A stretch of DNA of 64,000 bases from Bacteroidota bacterium (GCA_023427985.1 JAEYZM010000022.1:30760-94759); one strand, 5' to 3'; numbered from the stretch's first letter, positions 8,699-18,979 are shown. Notes: generated by a model not told the origin, from the letters alone. Numbers and translations are program-made.

Positions 8699-10448
8699 GC
8701 TTTTGATACAATTGCTCGCTATCAAATGGCTTGATAATAATATCGTTAATACTTACTGTTTTCAATTCTTGCAAAATTGCTTCGTCTGAAGTAGCAGTTA
8801 ATGCTATTATAGGAACACGTGACTTTATAACATCACCTAAATTCCTGATATACGCACTTGCTTCAATACCATCCATCTCGGGCATATTAATATCCATGAG
8901 AATTACATCGAAGTTATGTTTAATAAATGTTTCTATAGCTAATTTGCCGTTCGAAACAATTTCAAAATTGCATTTCCACTTTTTTAGTAAACGCTCTAAA
9001 AGAAAAACATTTACGATATTATCTTCAGCGACAAGAATTGTTATGTTCGATAAGTCTTTTTCCTCTTGTTCTCTATTGAAGTCAAATTCAAACGCCTTTG
9101 GTTTTTCTAGTTTTATCTCGAAACTAAATTCAGAACCCTTGTTTTTTTCTGATTGGACTTGAATATCACTATCGTACATATTCAATATCTTACGTACTAT
9201 ACTCAAACCTAAACCAGTACCGCCAGAACCAAAATTATTTTTATTATGTATCTGTTCAAATGGTTCAAATATGACACCTTGATGTTCGGTGTCTATTCCT
9301 ATTCCTGAATCTTTTATACTAAATCGCAAGTCAATATTATTTTCATCTTCAGATAATATGCTTAGATTGATTGATACATAACCTTCTTTTGTGAATTTTA
9401 TACTATTACCAATCAGATTATATAAAATTTGCGAAATCCTTGTGGAGTCAACTAATACATCGATATATTTTAGTCGATCATCTATATTAAGTTCAAATTT
9501 TAATCCTTTATTCGAGGCTTCATTTTGAAGACTGTAATAAGTATTTGTTAGTATACTATGTAAATTTGTACTATCGTTATTTAATTGTAGTTTATTTAAA
9601 TCTAATTTATTAAAGTCAAGTACGTTGTTAATGATATTTCTCAAATTATTACCTGAATACTTTAAGGTTTTTAAATTTTCTTCTTGCTCTTTATCGTAAG
9701 TATTGGTTAATAATAAATCAGTAATTCCAATTACTGCATTCAAAGGTGTTCTTAATTCGTGCGACATAGAAGACAAAAATTCAGTTTTAGAATTTGCAAG
9801 TTTATTGGCTTTATCAACCGACAATTGCAATTGTTCATTTAAATCTTCTTTTTCTTTCATATTAGCCTGGAATGTTCTATGGAACATGTAACTGGCATAT
9901 ATTATTGTTATAAAATTTAGTATCGTTATGTATGTTGTTTCTGGGAATGTACCAGGTTGTATGTTGGTTTGAATAGTAACAAGATTTGTTTCTTTAAAAA
10001 TAAGCAAGAGTAATGGAGGAACTGTAGAAAGTAATGAATATCGTAATCCCCAATAGGTTCCTAATAAATAGAAACTGCTAATTATAGTCATAAACATAAA
10101 TTGAAGGTTTACAACATAAATTGTTTCTTTGGATACAATTGCAATAGACCATATCAAAAGAATTCCAATAATTAGCATTGTATGCGTTATGCCTTTGATG
10201 TATTTTTTGTCATACAGTAAAAATTTGAGTGCAATTAGGTATACTAAAGCAATGATTAATGCACGATACAATTGGTAATCGTGATTTTTACTAATTGCAA
10301 AATAAACCGCAACAAAGATTTTTAACATTGCAAAGCAAAGAATAAAATGTAAAATTTTAATCTTTGCTTTATTTAAATCGCTTGTTTCTGTTTCTAATAA
10401 TTTCTTTAAAGAGAAATTAAAAAACGATAATTTTTTGTTGGGTAACAT
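8646..10448 (-). CDS. hybrid sensor histidine kinase / response regulator
   Basis: Multi-TM N-terminus. H-box SHELRTPLNAV. ATPase boxes (GNSIKFT, DSGIGI, GGTGLGLSI). C-terminal receiver (ILVAEDN...DVILMDINMPEMDG...IIKPF). Confidence 0.9.
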   Translation of the reverse strand: MLPNKKLSFFNFSLKKLLETETSDLNKAKIKILHFILCFAMLKIFVAVYFAISKNHDYQLYRALIIALVYLIALKFLLYDKKYIKGITHTMLIIGILLIWSIAIVSKETIYVVNLQFMFMTIISSFYLLGTYWGLRYSLLSTVPPLLLLIFKETNLVTIQTNIQPGTFPETTYITILNFITIIYASYMFHRTFQANMKEKEDLNEQLQLSVDKANKLANSKTEFLSSMSHELRTPLNAVIGITDLLLTNTYDKEQEENLKTLKYSGNNLRNIINNVLDFNKLDLNKLQLNNDSTNLHSILTNTYYSLQNEASNKGLKFELNIDDRLKYIDVLVDSTRISQILYNLIGNSIKFTKEGYVSINLSILSEDENNIDLRFSIKDSGIGIDTEHQGVIFEPFEQIHNKNNFGSGGTGLGLSIVRKILNMYDSDIQVQSEKNKGSEFSFEIKLEKPKAFEFDFNREQEEKDLSNITILVAEDNIVNVFLLERLLKKWKCNFEIVSNGKLAIETFIKHNFDVILMDINMPEMDGIEASAYIRNLGDVIKSRVPIIALTATSDEAILQELKTVSINDIIIKPFDSEQLYQKLKLISDNFSTNARVSHL

Positions 10449-10469
10449 GTGTCTAGCTAATATAGCTAA

Positions 10470-13244
10470 TTATTTCAATAAAGCGTCGGCTTCAGCTCTA
10501 GCTTTTGCCATTACTGCATCAGCTTTTTTATCTCCTTCTGCTATTATTTTATTGGCTTTTTCGTCCGTTTCTTTTTTCATTTTATCTGCTACTTTCTTAG
10601 CAGCAGCCTTAGCAATTGGATTACTTGCTTCAGCAACTAATTTATCGGCTGCAGCATAACCTTCTTTTCTAGTTTTATCGGCAAGGTTTCTTGATTCTTG
10701 TTTGATTAAATTTGCTTGATTTTGAGCGCTGGCTAGAATCTGTTCTGCTCGTTTTCTAGCTTCCTCTTTCCCTTTTTCAATTGCACGATCTTTTGTGTTA
10801 TCGATGGCATCTTTAACAGCCGACTTTAAATTATTTCCCATATCGGCCATACTTAATTTCACAGTAGGACTACTAACTACACCACCAACTAATGCATTCA
10901 CACTTATTGTCTCACCAGCATTATAGTTTGCTCCATTTTTGTTGAGTTGTGAAGTTAAACCTGATATAACACCCGCTCCAGCTGCGCCAAGTAATTTACT
11001 TGGGATTTTCATTTTAACAACGTAATCAATGGTTTGATCTAAACCACTCGAACCTGCAATGTTCAAATTTGCAAATTGTGTTATTACATCAAACGGTTGT
11101 ACAATAACTCTTCCGTTTTCAATTTTAAATTGAACCTTCGTATTGTTTATTTTTAATTCTTTGAATTTGTCGTTCTTTAATGCATCCGAAATTTTGTTCA
11201 TCATATTTGAACCTTTCACGTTTACACCAATCAACTCAAGCAATCCAGCACCTTGTGTAGTACTCAATACTGGACTCATATCTTTCCCCAAATCAGAATT
11301 GAAACTTAAGTTTCCAGAAAACTTCCCGGATGTTTTTTCTGCTAGAGGGGCTAGTTTTTGAACGGTATTAAATGTTTTAAATGCTTTTTGTATGTCCATG
11401 TTTTGAACAGCAAAACTCATGTTTACTATTGGTTTGTCGATGTTTTGTGTAGAATAATATCCATCCATTTTCACACTAGCATCTAAGGTATTCATCGCTA
11501 CATTTTCAAAACTTAATTTCTGGTCTCTTATAATAATACTTCCACCCAAATTATTGATTTCCATATTATCATAAATTACTTTGTTGATTTTCGAATTTAG
11601 AACAAAGTCAATATTCCCAGGTATCTCAACAACCGACATAGTATCACTTGTACTAGTATTCGTTGCTTCTTCCGTTTCTGGTCCCATCATCTCATTTAAA
11701 TCCATGAGCCCAGAATTGAAATTTAATTTCGCTTTAATTGTCTCGTTGCGCAACGCATAAGCTAAATAATTTTCTAGTTTACCTTCAGCCGCAAAATCTG
11801 ATTTGCCATATTTTGCTTTGAAATTACTTAGGCTGATGTATTGAGGACTCAAGTTAAACATTGCCGAACTTATTGTTAAAGGCAATGGTGATTCTTTAGA
11901 GCTGTAGTTAATATTATTCAGAGAGATACTTCCCTTTGCATCAAAACTTTCGTAATTGCCTTTATCTATTGTAGATAATTTACCTTTTGCAGCAAAATCT
12001 GCATTTATAATTCCTGAAAGTTTAGTGTCTTCTATCGGAACAATTTTTAAAATATTTGCTAAATCGATTTTACCTTTAACATTCGTGTTAATATCGGGAT
12101 CCGACTCAGGTGTCTTTAATAATAATGTCGCATCGAATGGTTCTTGCCCAAACTCCACATGTAGCTTTTTCAAATCAACTACAGTATGATCAAACACACC
12201 ATCTTTATCGTCTACCACTAAATGCATCTGAACATTATTCACGCCCGTAGGTAAATCCGGATATTTGAAATTTCCATTTTCAATTAATACATCAATCCCA
12301 AAACCCGGCATTTGCACTGCATTCATTCGACCCTTGTAATAACCTTTCATTGCAAATTTTCCATTAGCTTCAAGTTTGTCAAATGAACTTGAATAAATGG
12401 CAGGTATTAAGGATAAGAAATTTTTGAATTCAGATTTTTTCGCATCAAAGCTCAAATCTAAATCGATATTAGTATCAGGCATAGCAACACTCCCCGCAAA
12501 CTCAATAATCAAATCGTTTAAGTTAAATGTGTTTTCTTTAAACGTAAAGACAAAATCTTTCAAGTTCATGTCAATAGGAGCGATTACTTTTGCTTTTACT
12601 TTGTTTAAATACGGCACACCTGCAAAGGACAGCGTTAACTCATCGGCATTGGTCTCTGTATTTAAAACAAAAAGATCTTGTGTGAAATCTCCATTTCCAA
12701 TATGATTCACATTTTTCAAGGATGTATAAAAAGTTAATGAGCGATCGTCGTAGATGATATTTGAATTTGTTAATGAATAAGAGTTCAATGCAATATTAAA
12801 ACTAGTTGTGCTAGTATCAACAGGATCCGTGATTGCCGATGTATCTGTCTTGGCAATATCCCAATTTGCCTTACCACTTGGTAGCACTATGATGTTTAAG
12901 TTTGCAGCATCGAGATTAATTTTATTGATTTCAATTTTATCTCCATTAATAACACTCATGATATCAATAACTGCATTCAATTCTTTAATATTTGCAAGAG
13001 TATCGTTTGCAAAAGAATCAACGCCAACAACCATTACATTCTCCATACTAAATGACAAATGCGGAAAATTTCTAAATAGGGAAAGCGAAAAATCACCGAA
13101 ACTTACTTTTGCATTCACATTGTCGTTTACAGTCGTCTTAACTTTAGCGATAATGTCGTCTTTGTAAATGATGGGTAATACAAAAGCTGCAGCTAAGAGA
13201 ATTACCAATAAGGATGCGAGTACTTTAACGATAGTCTTGATCAT
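10470..13244 (-). CDS. AsmA-family outer-membrane biogenesis protein with Ala/Lys-rich helical tail
   Basis: 924 aa. N-terminal signal anchor (VLASLLVILLAAAFVL) and a long beta-rich AsmA/TamB-like body. The last ~105 aa are charged Ala/Lys/Glu-rich helix. Confidence 0.75.
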   Translation of the reverse strand: MIKTIVKVLASLLVILLAAAFVLPIIYKDDIIAKVKTTVNDNVNAKVSFGDFSLSLFRNFPHLSFSMENVMVVGVDSFANDTLANIKELNAVIDIMSVINGDKIEINKINLDAANLNIIVLPSGKANWDIAKTDTSAITDPVDTSTTSFNIALNSYSLTNSNIIYDDRSLTFYTSLKNVNHIGNGDFTQDLFVLNTETNADELTLSFAGVPYLNKVKAKVIAPIDMNLKDFVFTFKENTFNLNDLIIEFAGSVAMPDTNIDLDLSFDAKKSEFKNFLSLIPAIYSSSFDKLEANGKFAMKGYYKGRMNAVQMPGFGIDVLIENGNFKYPDLPTGVNNVQMHLVVDDKDGVFDHTVVDLKKLHVEFGQEPFDATLLLKTPESDPDINTNVKGKIDLANILKIVPIEDTKLSGIINADFAAKGKLSTIDKGNYESFDAKGSISLNNINYSSKESPLPLTISSAMFNLSPQYISLSNFKAKYGKSDFAAEGKLENYLAYALRNETIKAKLNFNSGLMDLNEMMGPETEEATNTSTSDTMSVVEIPGNIDFVLNSKINKVIYDNMEINNLGGSIIIRDQKLSFENVAMNTLDASVKMDGYYSTQNIDKPIVNMSFAVQNMDIQKAFKTFNTVQKLAPLAEKTSGKFSGNLSFNSDLGKDMSPVLSTTQGAGLLELIGVNVKGSNMMNKISDALKNDKFKELKINNTKVQFKIENGRVIVQPFDVITQFANLNIAGSSGLDQTIDYVVKMKIPSKLLGAAGAGVISGLTSQLNKNGANYNAGETISVNALVGGVVSSPTVKLSMADMGNNLKSAVKDAIDNTKDRAIEKGKEEARKRAEQILASAQNQANLIKQESRNLADKTRKEGYAAADKLVAEASNPIAKAAAKKVADKMKKETDEKANKIIAEGDKKADAVMAKARAEADALLK

Positions 13245-13260
13245 AAAATAGAATTGTATT

Positions 13261-13268
13261 CAAATTTA
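13261..13268 (-). promoter_or_regulatory. candidate -7 box (TAnnTTTG)
   Basis: Minus strand reads TAAATTTG exactly, 16 nt upstream of the asmA-like ATG (13244). It lies inside the 37-nt gap after tsaE. Confidence 0.4.
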
Positions 13269-13281
13269 ATAAAATCAATGA

Positions 13282-13689
13282 TTAATGTTCAATGATATTT
13301 AGTGAACGTTCATTTTCTGAAGCTATTGTAATGTTAACTTCTAGATAATGTTCTGGTAATAATTCAGCAATTTTTTCGGCCCATTCTATGAAGCAATAGT
13401 TATTCGAATACAGGTATTCTTCTATCCCAAAGTCGAAAGCTTCTTCTAAGGATTCAATTCTATACAAATCGAAATGGTAGATTTTACCTTTGGAGCTATG
13501 GTACTCGTTGACGATTGAAAATGTTGGGCTACTAATATCGTCTGCCGATTGTAAGGATTTGCAAATTTTGGAAATGAGGGTGGTTTTACCGGCACCCATT
13601 GAACCGTTGAATACGATTACCTTATATGAATTTAAAAATGGTAAAAGATATTCAACGGCAGTATTAATAGTATTTAATGAATAATTCAT
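13282..13689 (-). CDS. tsaE: tRNA t6A37 threonylcarbamoyl-transfer ATPase TsaE
   Basis: 135 aa. P-loop GSMGAGKTT and the conserved PTF.I...Y core. Its start overlaps the fabD stop (TAATG). Confidence 0.9.
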   Translation of the reverse strand: MNYSLNTINTAVEYLLPFLNSYKVIVFNGSMGAGKTTLISKICKSLQSADDISSPTFSIVNEYHSSKGKIYHFDLYRIESLEEAFDFGIEEYLYSNNYCFIEWAEKIAELLPEHYLEVNITIASENERSLNIIEH

Positions 13690-14561
13690 TATGCGCTAGC
13701 AGTAGGCATCTGACGATCAACTTTTTTCACCAAGCCTTGCAAAACTGTACCTGGGCCTACTTCTGTAAATGAACTTGCACCATCGGCAATCATAGCCTTC
13801 ACAGTCTGAGTCCAACGTACTGCACCCGTAAGTTGAGCAATCAGATTTTGTTTGATTACTTCGGGATCTTTTGTTGGTTGAGCGTTTACGTTTTGATAAA
13901 CCGGGCAAGTTGGATTGCTAAATGGAGTAGCCATAATTGCAGATTCTAGTTCTACTCGTGCAGGCTCCATAAGTGGCGAGTGAAAAGCTCCACCCACATT
14001 AAGAACCAATGCGCGTTTTGCACCAGCTTCAGTCATTTTTGCACAAGCCTCATTAACTCCTTCGATACTTCCTGATATCACTAATTGACCGGGACAATTA
14101 TAATTTGCAGGTACAACAATTTCTTGAATGGAAGCACAAATCTCTTCCACTTTCTCATCTTCTAAACCCAAGATTGCAGCCATTGTACTAGGCTTTAGTT
14201 CGCAAGCTTTTTGCATGGCATTTGCACGTGCAATCACCAATCGCAATCCATCTTCAAAGGTCAATGTTCCATTTGCTACTAAAGCAGAAAACTCACCCAA
14301 TGAATGTCCTGCAACCATATCGGGATTAAAATCACTTAAGGTTTTTGCAAGAATTACGGAGTGTAAAAATATTGCTGGTTGAGTAACTTTAGTTTGTTTT
14401 AAATCTTCATCTGTTCCCGAAAACATCAAATCGGTAATTCTAAATCCGATTATTTCATTTGCTTTTTCAAAAAGTTCTTTTGCTAATGCATTGTTCTCGT
14501 ATAGGTCTTTACCCATTCCTACAAATTGTGCTCCTTGACCAGGAAATACATATGCTTTCAT
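13689..14561 (-). CDS. fabD: malonyl-CoA:ACP transacylase
   Basis: FPGQGAQ, active-site GHSLGEFSA and GAFHSPLM motifs. 290 aa. Confidence 0.95.
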   Translation of the reverse strand: MKAYVFPGQGAQFVGMGKDLYENNALAKELFEKANEIIGFRITDLMFSGTDEDLKQTKVTQPAIFLHSVILAKTLSDFNPDMVAGHSLGEFSALVANGTLTFEDGLRLVIARANAMQKACELKPSTMAAILGLEDEKVEEICASIQEIVVPANYNCPGQLVISGSIEGVNEACAKMTEAGAKRALVLNVGGAFHSPLMEPARVELESAIMATPFSNPTCPVYQNVNAQPTKDPEVIKQNLIAQLTGAVRWTQTVKAMIADGASSFTEVGPGTVLQGLVKKVDRQMPTASA

Positions 14562-14562
14562 A

Positions 14563-14994
14563 TTATTCAGTTTTGATTAGTTTTTGCATATAGGACTTCG
14601 GACGTTTTAATGACTCGAAGCCAACTTTTTTATATAATTCATGTGCATCTTTTGTTGCAAGCATCCATCTGCTTACCAATTTAAAATGCGGATCGTTTAA
14701 GATTGATTTTATTAGAAAAATAGATAATCCCTTACCTCGAAACTCTTCTACAATAAATACATCTGATAAATAAGCAAAGCGTGCATTATCGCTCAATACT
14801 TTTGCAAAACCAATTTGAATGTTGTTATAATAAAGTCCATAAGCTCTAGAATTTTTTATCGACTTTTTTATAACAGGAACACTTAAATCTTTTGCCCAGT
14901 ATTGTTTTTTAATTTCGGCACAAACCATTGGTAAATTAAATTTACGTTGGTCAGTACTAATTAAATAATTTCGACGCTTAACTTTGTACGTCAT
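14563..14994 (-). CDS. GNAT family N-acetyltransferase
   Basis: 143 aa. Acetyl-CoA binding motif VEEFRGKGLS. Confidence 0.8.
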   Translation of the reverse strand: MTYKVKRRNYLISTDQRKFNLPMVCAEIKKQYWAKDLSVPVIKKSIKNSRAYGLYYNNIQIGFAKVLSDNARFAYLSDVFIVEEFRGKGLSIFLIKSILNDPHFKLVSRWMLATKDAHELYKKVGFESLKRPKSYMQKLIKTE

Positions 14995-15000
14995 ATGTTT

Positions 15001-15318
15001 TTATCCCGCTTTACTTGGATCAATTTCTGCAGCCCAAGCCAAGATTCCACCTTTTAAATTATATAAATTATTGAAACCATGGTTTTGCTCTAGTTGCATT
15101 ATTGCTGCAGCACTTCTTGCACCACTTCTGCAATGCACCACTACTGTTTTATCTTTCGATATTTTATCGGCTTCCAACAAAATATTTCCGAGTGGAATTA
15201 ACTCGGCACCTAAATTGGCAGTATCGTATTCAAATTGTTCACGAACATCAATGAGTTGAAAATCTTTTTTTTCATCCATCATTTTTTTTAATTCCTGAAC
15301 TGTAATCTCTTTTACCAT
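15001..15318 (-). CDS. rhodanese-like sulfurtransferase domain protein
   Basis: 105 aa. Active-site loop HCRSGARS. Confidence 0.85.
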   Translation of the reverse strand: MVKEITVQELKKMMDEKKDFQLIDVREQFEYDTANLGAELIPLGNILLEADKISKDKTVVVHCRSGARSAAAIMQLEQNHGFNNLYNLKGGILAWAAEIDPSKAG

Positions 15319-15335
15319 AACTATTAATTTAAAGA

Positions 15336-15343
15336 CAAAGATA
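15336..15343 (-). promoter_or_regulatory. candidate -7 box (TAnnTTTG)
   Basis: Minus strand reads TATCTTTG exactly, 17 nt upstream of the rhodanese ATG. That gene is first in a long minus-strand gene string running from 15318 down to 8646. Confidence 0.45.
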
Positions 15344-15388
15344 ATTTTAATTCTAAAATACTATATATTTATCGAAATTACCCCTTAT

Positions 15389-16852
15389 ATGGCTGAACAA
15401 GAATTTAAAAAAGAACTCAAATTATTTGATTCTATAATGATCGTAGCTGGCACTATGATTGGCTCAGGTATTTTCATTGTGAGCTCCGATATTGCTCGAC
15501 AAGTTGGTTCATCGGGTTGGTTGTTACTGATTTGGTTATTAACTGGTTTCATTACCATCGCAGGGGCATTAAGCTATGGAGAATTGGCGGGTATGATGCC
15601 TAAAGCCGGTGGACAATACGTATACCTTCGTGAAGCCTGGGGTAAACCCATCGCATTTTTATACGCTTGGACTTTATTTTTAGTGATACAAACAGGTACA
15701 ATTGCTGCCGTTGGTGTAGCATTCGCAAAATATACTGGCGTATTATTACCAGAAATTATTTCAGAAGACATTCTACTATTTTCGATATCGGGATTCAAAG
15801 TAAATTCAGTACAAATTCTAGCCATCCTAAGCATCATCCTTTTAAGTTATATTAATTCAAAAGGCGTGAAAAATGGAAAATTAATTCAGAATATTTTCGG
15901 CAGTACAAAAATCATTGCACTTTTTGGACTAATCATCGTAGGCTTATTGTTTGGAATTAATGCCGATGTAGTGAGCCTAAATTTTTCTGATATGTGGAGC
16001 GCAAGTTTGAGCGCTAAAGATGCGAATGGAAATTACCAGATTACAGAAATTATATCTTGGGCAATTGTACCAGCAATTGGTATTGCCATGGTAGGGTCAC
16101 TATTTTCAAGCGATGCTTGGAACAACATCGGATTTTCTGGCGATGAAATTCAGAACCCCAAACGCAATTTGGTATTAAGTATGGTTATTGGGACCTCTTT
16201 GGTAACGGTAATTTATATTTTGATGAACGTTGTGTATTTATTAGTGCTTCCATTACAAGGAGATCCAAATGGTGCCGATGTAATGAGTCGTGGTATACAA
16301 TATGCAAGCAACGATAGAGTAGCTGCAGCAGTTGCTCAAGCCATAGGCGGATCAGGAGCCACAGCATTGATGGCAGTGTTGATTATGATATCAACCTTCG
16401 GATGTAATAACGGATGTATACTTTCTGGAGCAAGAGTATATTATGCAACAGCAAAAGATGGATTGTTTTTTTCAAACATGTCGAAACTCAATAAATTCAG
16501 TGTACCCGGTAATGCTCTGATTTATCAATGTATTTGGGCATGCATCTTATGTTTATCGGGATCTTATGGCGATCTACTCGATTATGTTGTATTTGCAGTT
16601 TTGTTGTTTTATATCTTAACGATATTGGGAATTTTCAAATTAAGAATCTCTAAGCCAGATGCTGAACGTCCATACAAAGCTATGGGCTATCCATTTATTC
16701 CTATTTTATATATCTTGCTTGCATCGGCAGTATGTATTATTCTGCTAATTTATAAACCAAATTATTCATGGCCTGGATTAATCATTGTTGCAATGGGAAT
16801 CCCAGTATATGCAATTTTTAAAAATAAAATAAAGGAGATTAACGAACGATGA
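15389..16852 (+). CDS. APC-family amino acid permease
   Basis: 487 aa and about 12 hydrophobic segments. The N-terminal region (LFDSIMIVAGTMIGSGIF) is typical of amino-acid/polyamine permeases. Confidence 0.85.
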   Translation: MAEQEFKKELKLFDSIMIVAGTMIGSGIFIVSSDIARQVGSSGWLLLIWLLTGFITIAGALSYGELAGMMPKAGGQYVYLREAWGKPIAFLYAWTLFLVIQTGTIAAVGVAFAKYTGVLLPEIISEDILLFSISGFKVNSVQILAILSIILLSYINSKGVKNGKLIQNIFGSTKIIALFGLIIVGLLFGINADVVSLNFSDMWSASLSAKDANGNYQITEIISWAIVPAIGIAMVGSLFSSDAWNNIGFSGDEIQNPKRNLVLSMVIGTSLVTVIYILMNVVYLLVLPLQGDPNGADVMSRGIQYASNDRVAAAVAQAIGGSGATALMAVLIMISTFGCNNGCILSGARVYYATAKDGLFFSNMSKLNKFSVPGNALIYQCIWACILCLSGSYGDLLDYVVFAVLLFYILTILGIFKLRISKPDAERPYKAMGYPFIPILYILLASAVCIILLIYKPNYSWPGLIIVAMGIPVYAIFKNKIKEINER

Positions 16853-18018
16853 GGAAATTTTTATTGCTAATAAGTATAGTATGTTTCATAGCGTGTAAAG
16901 AAAAAAAAGATTCGAAAATATCGATAACAGAAGAGAGCCTACCAGCATACGATACAATAGCATTTAAAAATAAAGCATCAAAAATTGATCAATTTTTTAA
17001 AAATCTTTCAGAAAAAAATAATTTTCATGGTAGCGTTTTGATAAGCTATAATGAACACATATTGTATCAAAACGCTTTTGGATTTGAAGATCCAATTAAA
17101 AAGAAAAAGCCTTTAAAGACGAAATCCATTTATCAACTTGCATCCGTAAGTAAACAATTTACCGCGGCTGCAATATTAAAATTAATGGAAGAAGGTAAAT
17201 TAAATTTAAGCGATTCCATTCAACGATTTTTCCCAGCATTTCCTTATAAGAATATCACGGTTGAACTTTTGTTAACACATAGAGGCGGACTTGGGAATTA
17301 CACTTACTTCACAGAAAAGTTTACAGATAGAAAAACTCCATTAAGCAATTTGGGTGTAGTTGATTTAATGATAAAACATAAACCTGAAATCTATTTTTTC
17401 CCAGATAGAAGGATGGATTACAGTAATACAGGATATGTAATTCTAGCGGCTATTGTAGAAAAAGTTTCTGGAATGACTTTCAAAGAATACATGGAGAAAA
17501 AAATCTTCAGACCGCTAGGAATGAAACATACATATGTGTTGGATGTAAATCATTTATCTGATTTTAATTATGTGGAAGCATACGATAAGTGGGCTGCAAA
17601 AGTCCGACACGACTATCTCGATGGCGCAACTGGAGATAAAGGAATTTATTCGACCATAGGAGATATGCATATTTGGGATAGAGTATTATATTCTGGCAAA
17701 TTTTTGAGCGATTCAACCTTAAAGATGATGTATAGTCCTGGAAGTAAATCCTTGCAAGGTCCTTTTAATTATGCATTCGGTTGGAGAACGTATCAGTTAG
17801 AAACTGGCGAAATAATTATTTACCATGGCGGTTGGTGGAATGGATTTAAAACTTTCTTTATGCGTGATATAGAAAATAGACATTCCATTATCATATTATG
17901 TAATAATGAACGATCTAACTTTAGAAATCTAGATCCGCTAGTAGATATTATATATGATCGTAAAGGAAATTCTAAAGTGAATTTTTCAGCGTATTTGCAT
18001 CATACACCTTATAGGTAG
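16849..18018 (+). CDS. serine hydrolase (beta-lactamase/PBP4* family) lipoprotein
   Basis: SxxK motif ASVSKQF and YxN motif YSNTGY. Lipobox-like VCFIAC. ATGA overlap with the permease stop. Confidence 0.85.
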   Translation: MRKFLLLISIVCFIACKEKKDSKISITEESLPAYDTIAFKNKASKIDQFFKNLSEKNNFHGSVLISYNEHILYQNAFGFEDPIKKKKPLKTKSIYQLASVSKQFTAAAILKLMEEGKLNLSDSIQRFFPAFPYKNITVELLLTHRGGLGNYTYFTEKFTDRKTPLSNLGVVDLMIKHKPEIYFFPDRRMDYSNTGYVILAAIVEKVSGMTFKEYMEKKIFRPLGMKHTYVLDVNHLSDFNYVEAYDKWAAKVRHDYLDGATGDKGIYSTIGDMHIWDRVLYSGKFLSDSTLKMMYSPGSKSLQGPFNYAFGWRTYQLETGEIIIYHGGWWNGFKTFFMRDIENRHSIIILCNNERSNFRNLDPLVDIIYDRKGNSKVNFSAYLHHTPYR

Positions 18019-18053
18019 ATGTAAAATTTAGAATTTAGAGTTAAGAATTGGTA

Positions 18054-18090
18054 ATTCAGGATGTAAGAATTGTATTCTTACATCCTGAAT
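18054..18090. terminator. bidirectional hairpin terminator
   Basis: Perfect 17-bp inverted repeat ATTCAGGATGTAAGAAT / ATTCTTACATCCTGAAT with a 3-nt loop, between convergent genes. Confidence 0.8.
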
Positions 18091-18097
18091 GGTATAA

Positions 18098-18799
18098 TTA
18101 TTTAATGATTACTTTATCAGAAGCGATTAACGTACCATCGGCATTAAGTTGACATAGGTATAATCCTGAAGTAAATTCAGATACGTTTAATTTTATTAGA
18201 CCATCTGTAGTGTTAACTTTTTCTGAATAGACTAATTTCCCAGTAAAGTCGAACAATTGAATCTCTGCATTATTGAATGATTGATTGGCATTAAACGCTA
18301 AACTTAAATCATTATCGGCAGGATTCGGGAATACTTTTACAAAACTTAAATGTGAATTATTAATAATACCAGTAGTTCCGAGTGCATACGTAATAATTAC
18401 ACAAGCAGAATCGGTTTCGCTTACGTTTTTCACGCAATACTCAACTATACTAGTTCCCATTGTTCCTAGTGGGTCGAGGTAGGTGATAATTGAATTATCA
18501 CTAGCACCTGAATTTAAACTAATAACATCTGGAGATTTATTGACATTTGGAGGATAACAAGTAACTCCAAAGCAGAAATAACTTAAATGTCCTGCTGCGA
18601 CATTGATTTTTTTGCGCAACACATATACATTTTCAGTGCTGTTACCTACATTTTTTACATGTATGTCTACATGGGCTATACTAGTTTCAGGGCCTGTATA
18701 CGTATAATTAGCACTAGCTGGAGTAGTAATTTGTAAGTTTTGAGCATTTGCAATCATGGAAATGAATACAATAGCAATTAAGGGTAATAGTTTTTTCAT
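18098..18799 (-). CDS. T9SS C-terminal-domain secreted protein, function unknown
   Basis: Signal peptide (IANAQ). ~150-aa Cys-containing domain. C-terminal ~80 aa typical of a type A sorting domain (VFPNPADNDLSLAF...GLYLCQL). Confidence 0.75.
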   Translation of the reverse strand: MKKLLPLIAIVFISMIANAQNLQITTPASANYTYTGPETSIAHVDIHVKNVGNSTENVYVLRKKINVAAGHLSYFCFGVTCYPPNVNKSPDVISLNSGASDNSIITYLDPLGTMGTSIVEYCVKNVSETDSACVIITYALGTTGIINNSHLSFVKVFPNPADNDLSLAFNANQSFNNAEIQLFDFTGKLVYSEKVNTTDGLIKLNVSEFTSGLYLCQLNADGTLIASDKVIIK

Positions 18800-18979
18800 A
18801 TAAAATTCTTGATTTTGTAAAAGTAGGAATAATTATTAAAAACTTCAATTCACTGAATATCAGAAATTATTGTGTTTTATTACAATTTAAACTCATTTTC
18901 AAAATGGTATTGAAAAATCATTTCATAATCTATCAAAAATTACATAAAATTGATAATTAATTAAACTCAAACAATCACA

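Noticed and set aside
10435-10659. 74-aa Ala/Ser/Leu-rich ORF that could pass for a small membrane protein.
   Set aside because: It is the reverse complement of the Ala/Lys-rich tail of the AsmA-like gene. GCN/AAR codons read backwards give Ala/Phe/Leu, so it is an artefact.
16897-16908. A8-A9 homopolymer tracts in coding regions (also near 21184 and 22793) as phase-variation switches.
   Set aside because: Tracts of this length are expected by chance in a genome this AT-rich, where Lys is encoded by AAA. None lies in a gene class that typically phase-varies, and there is no evidence of length heterogeneity.
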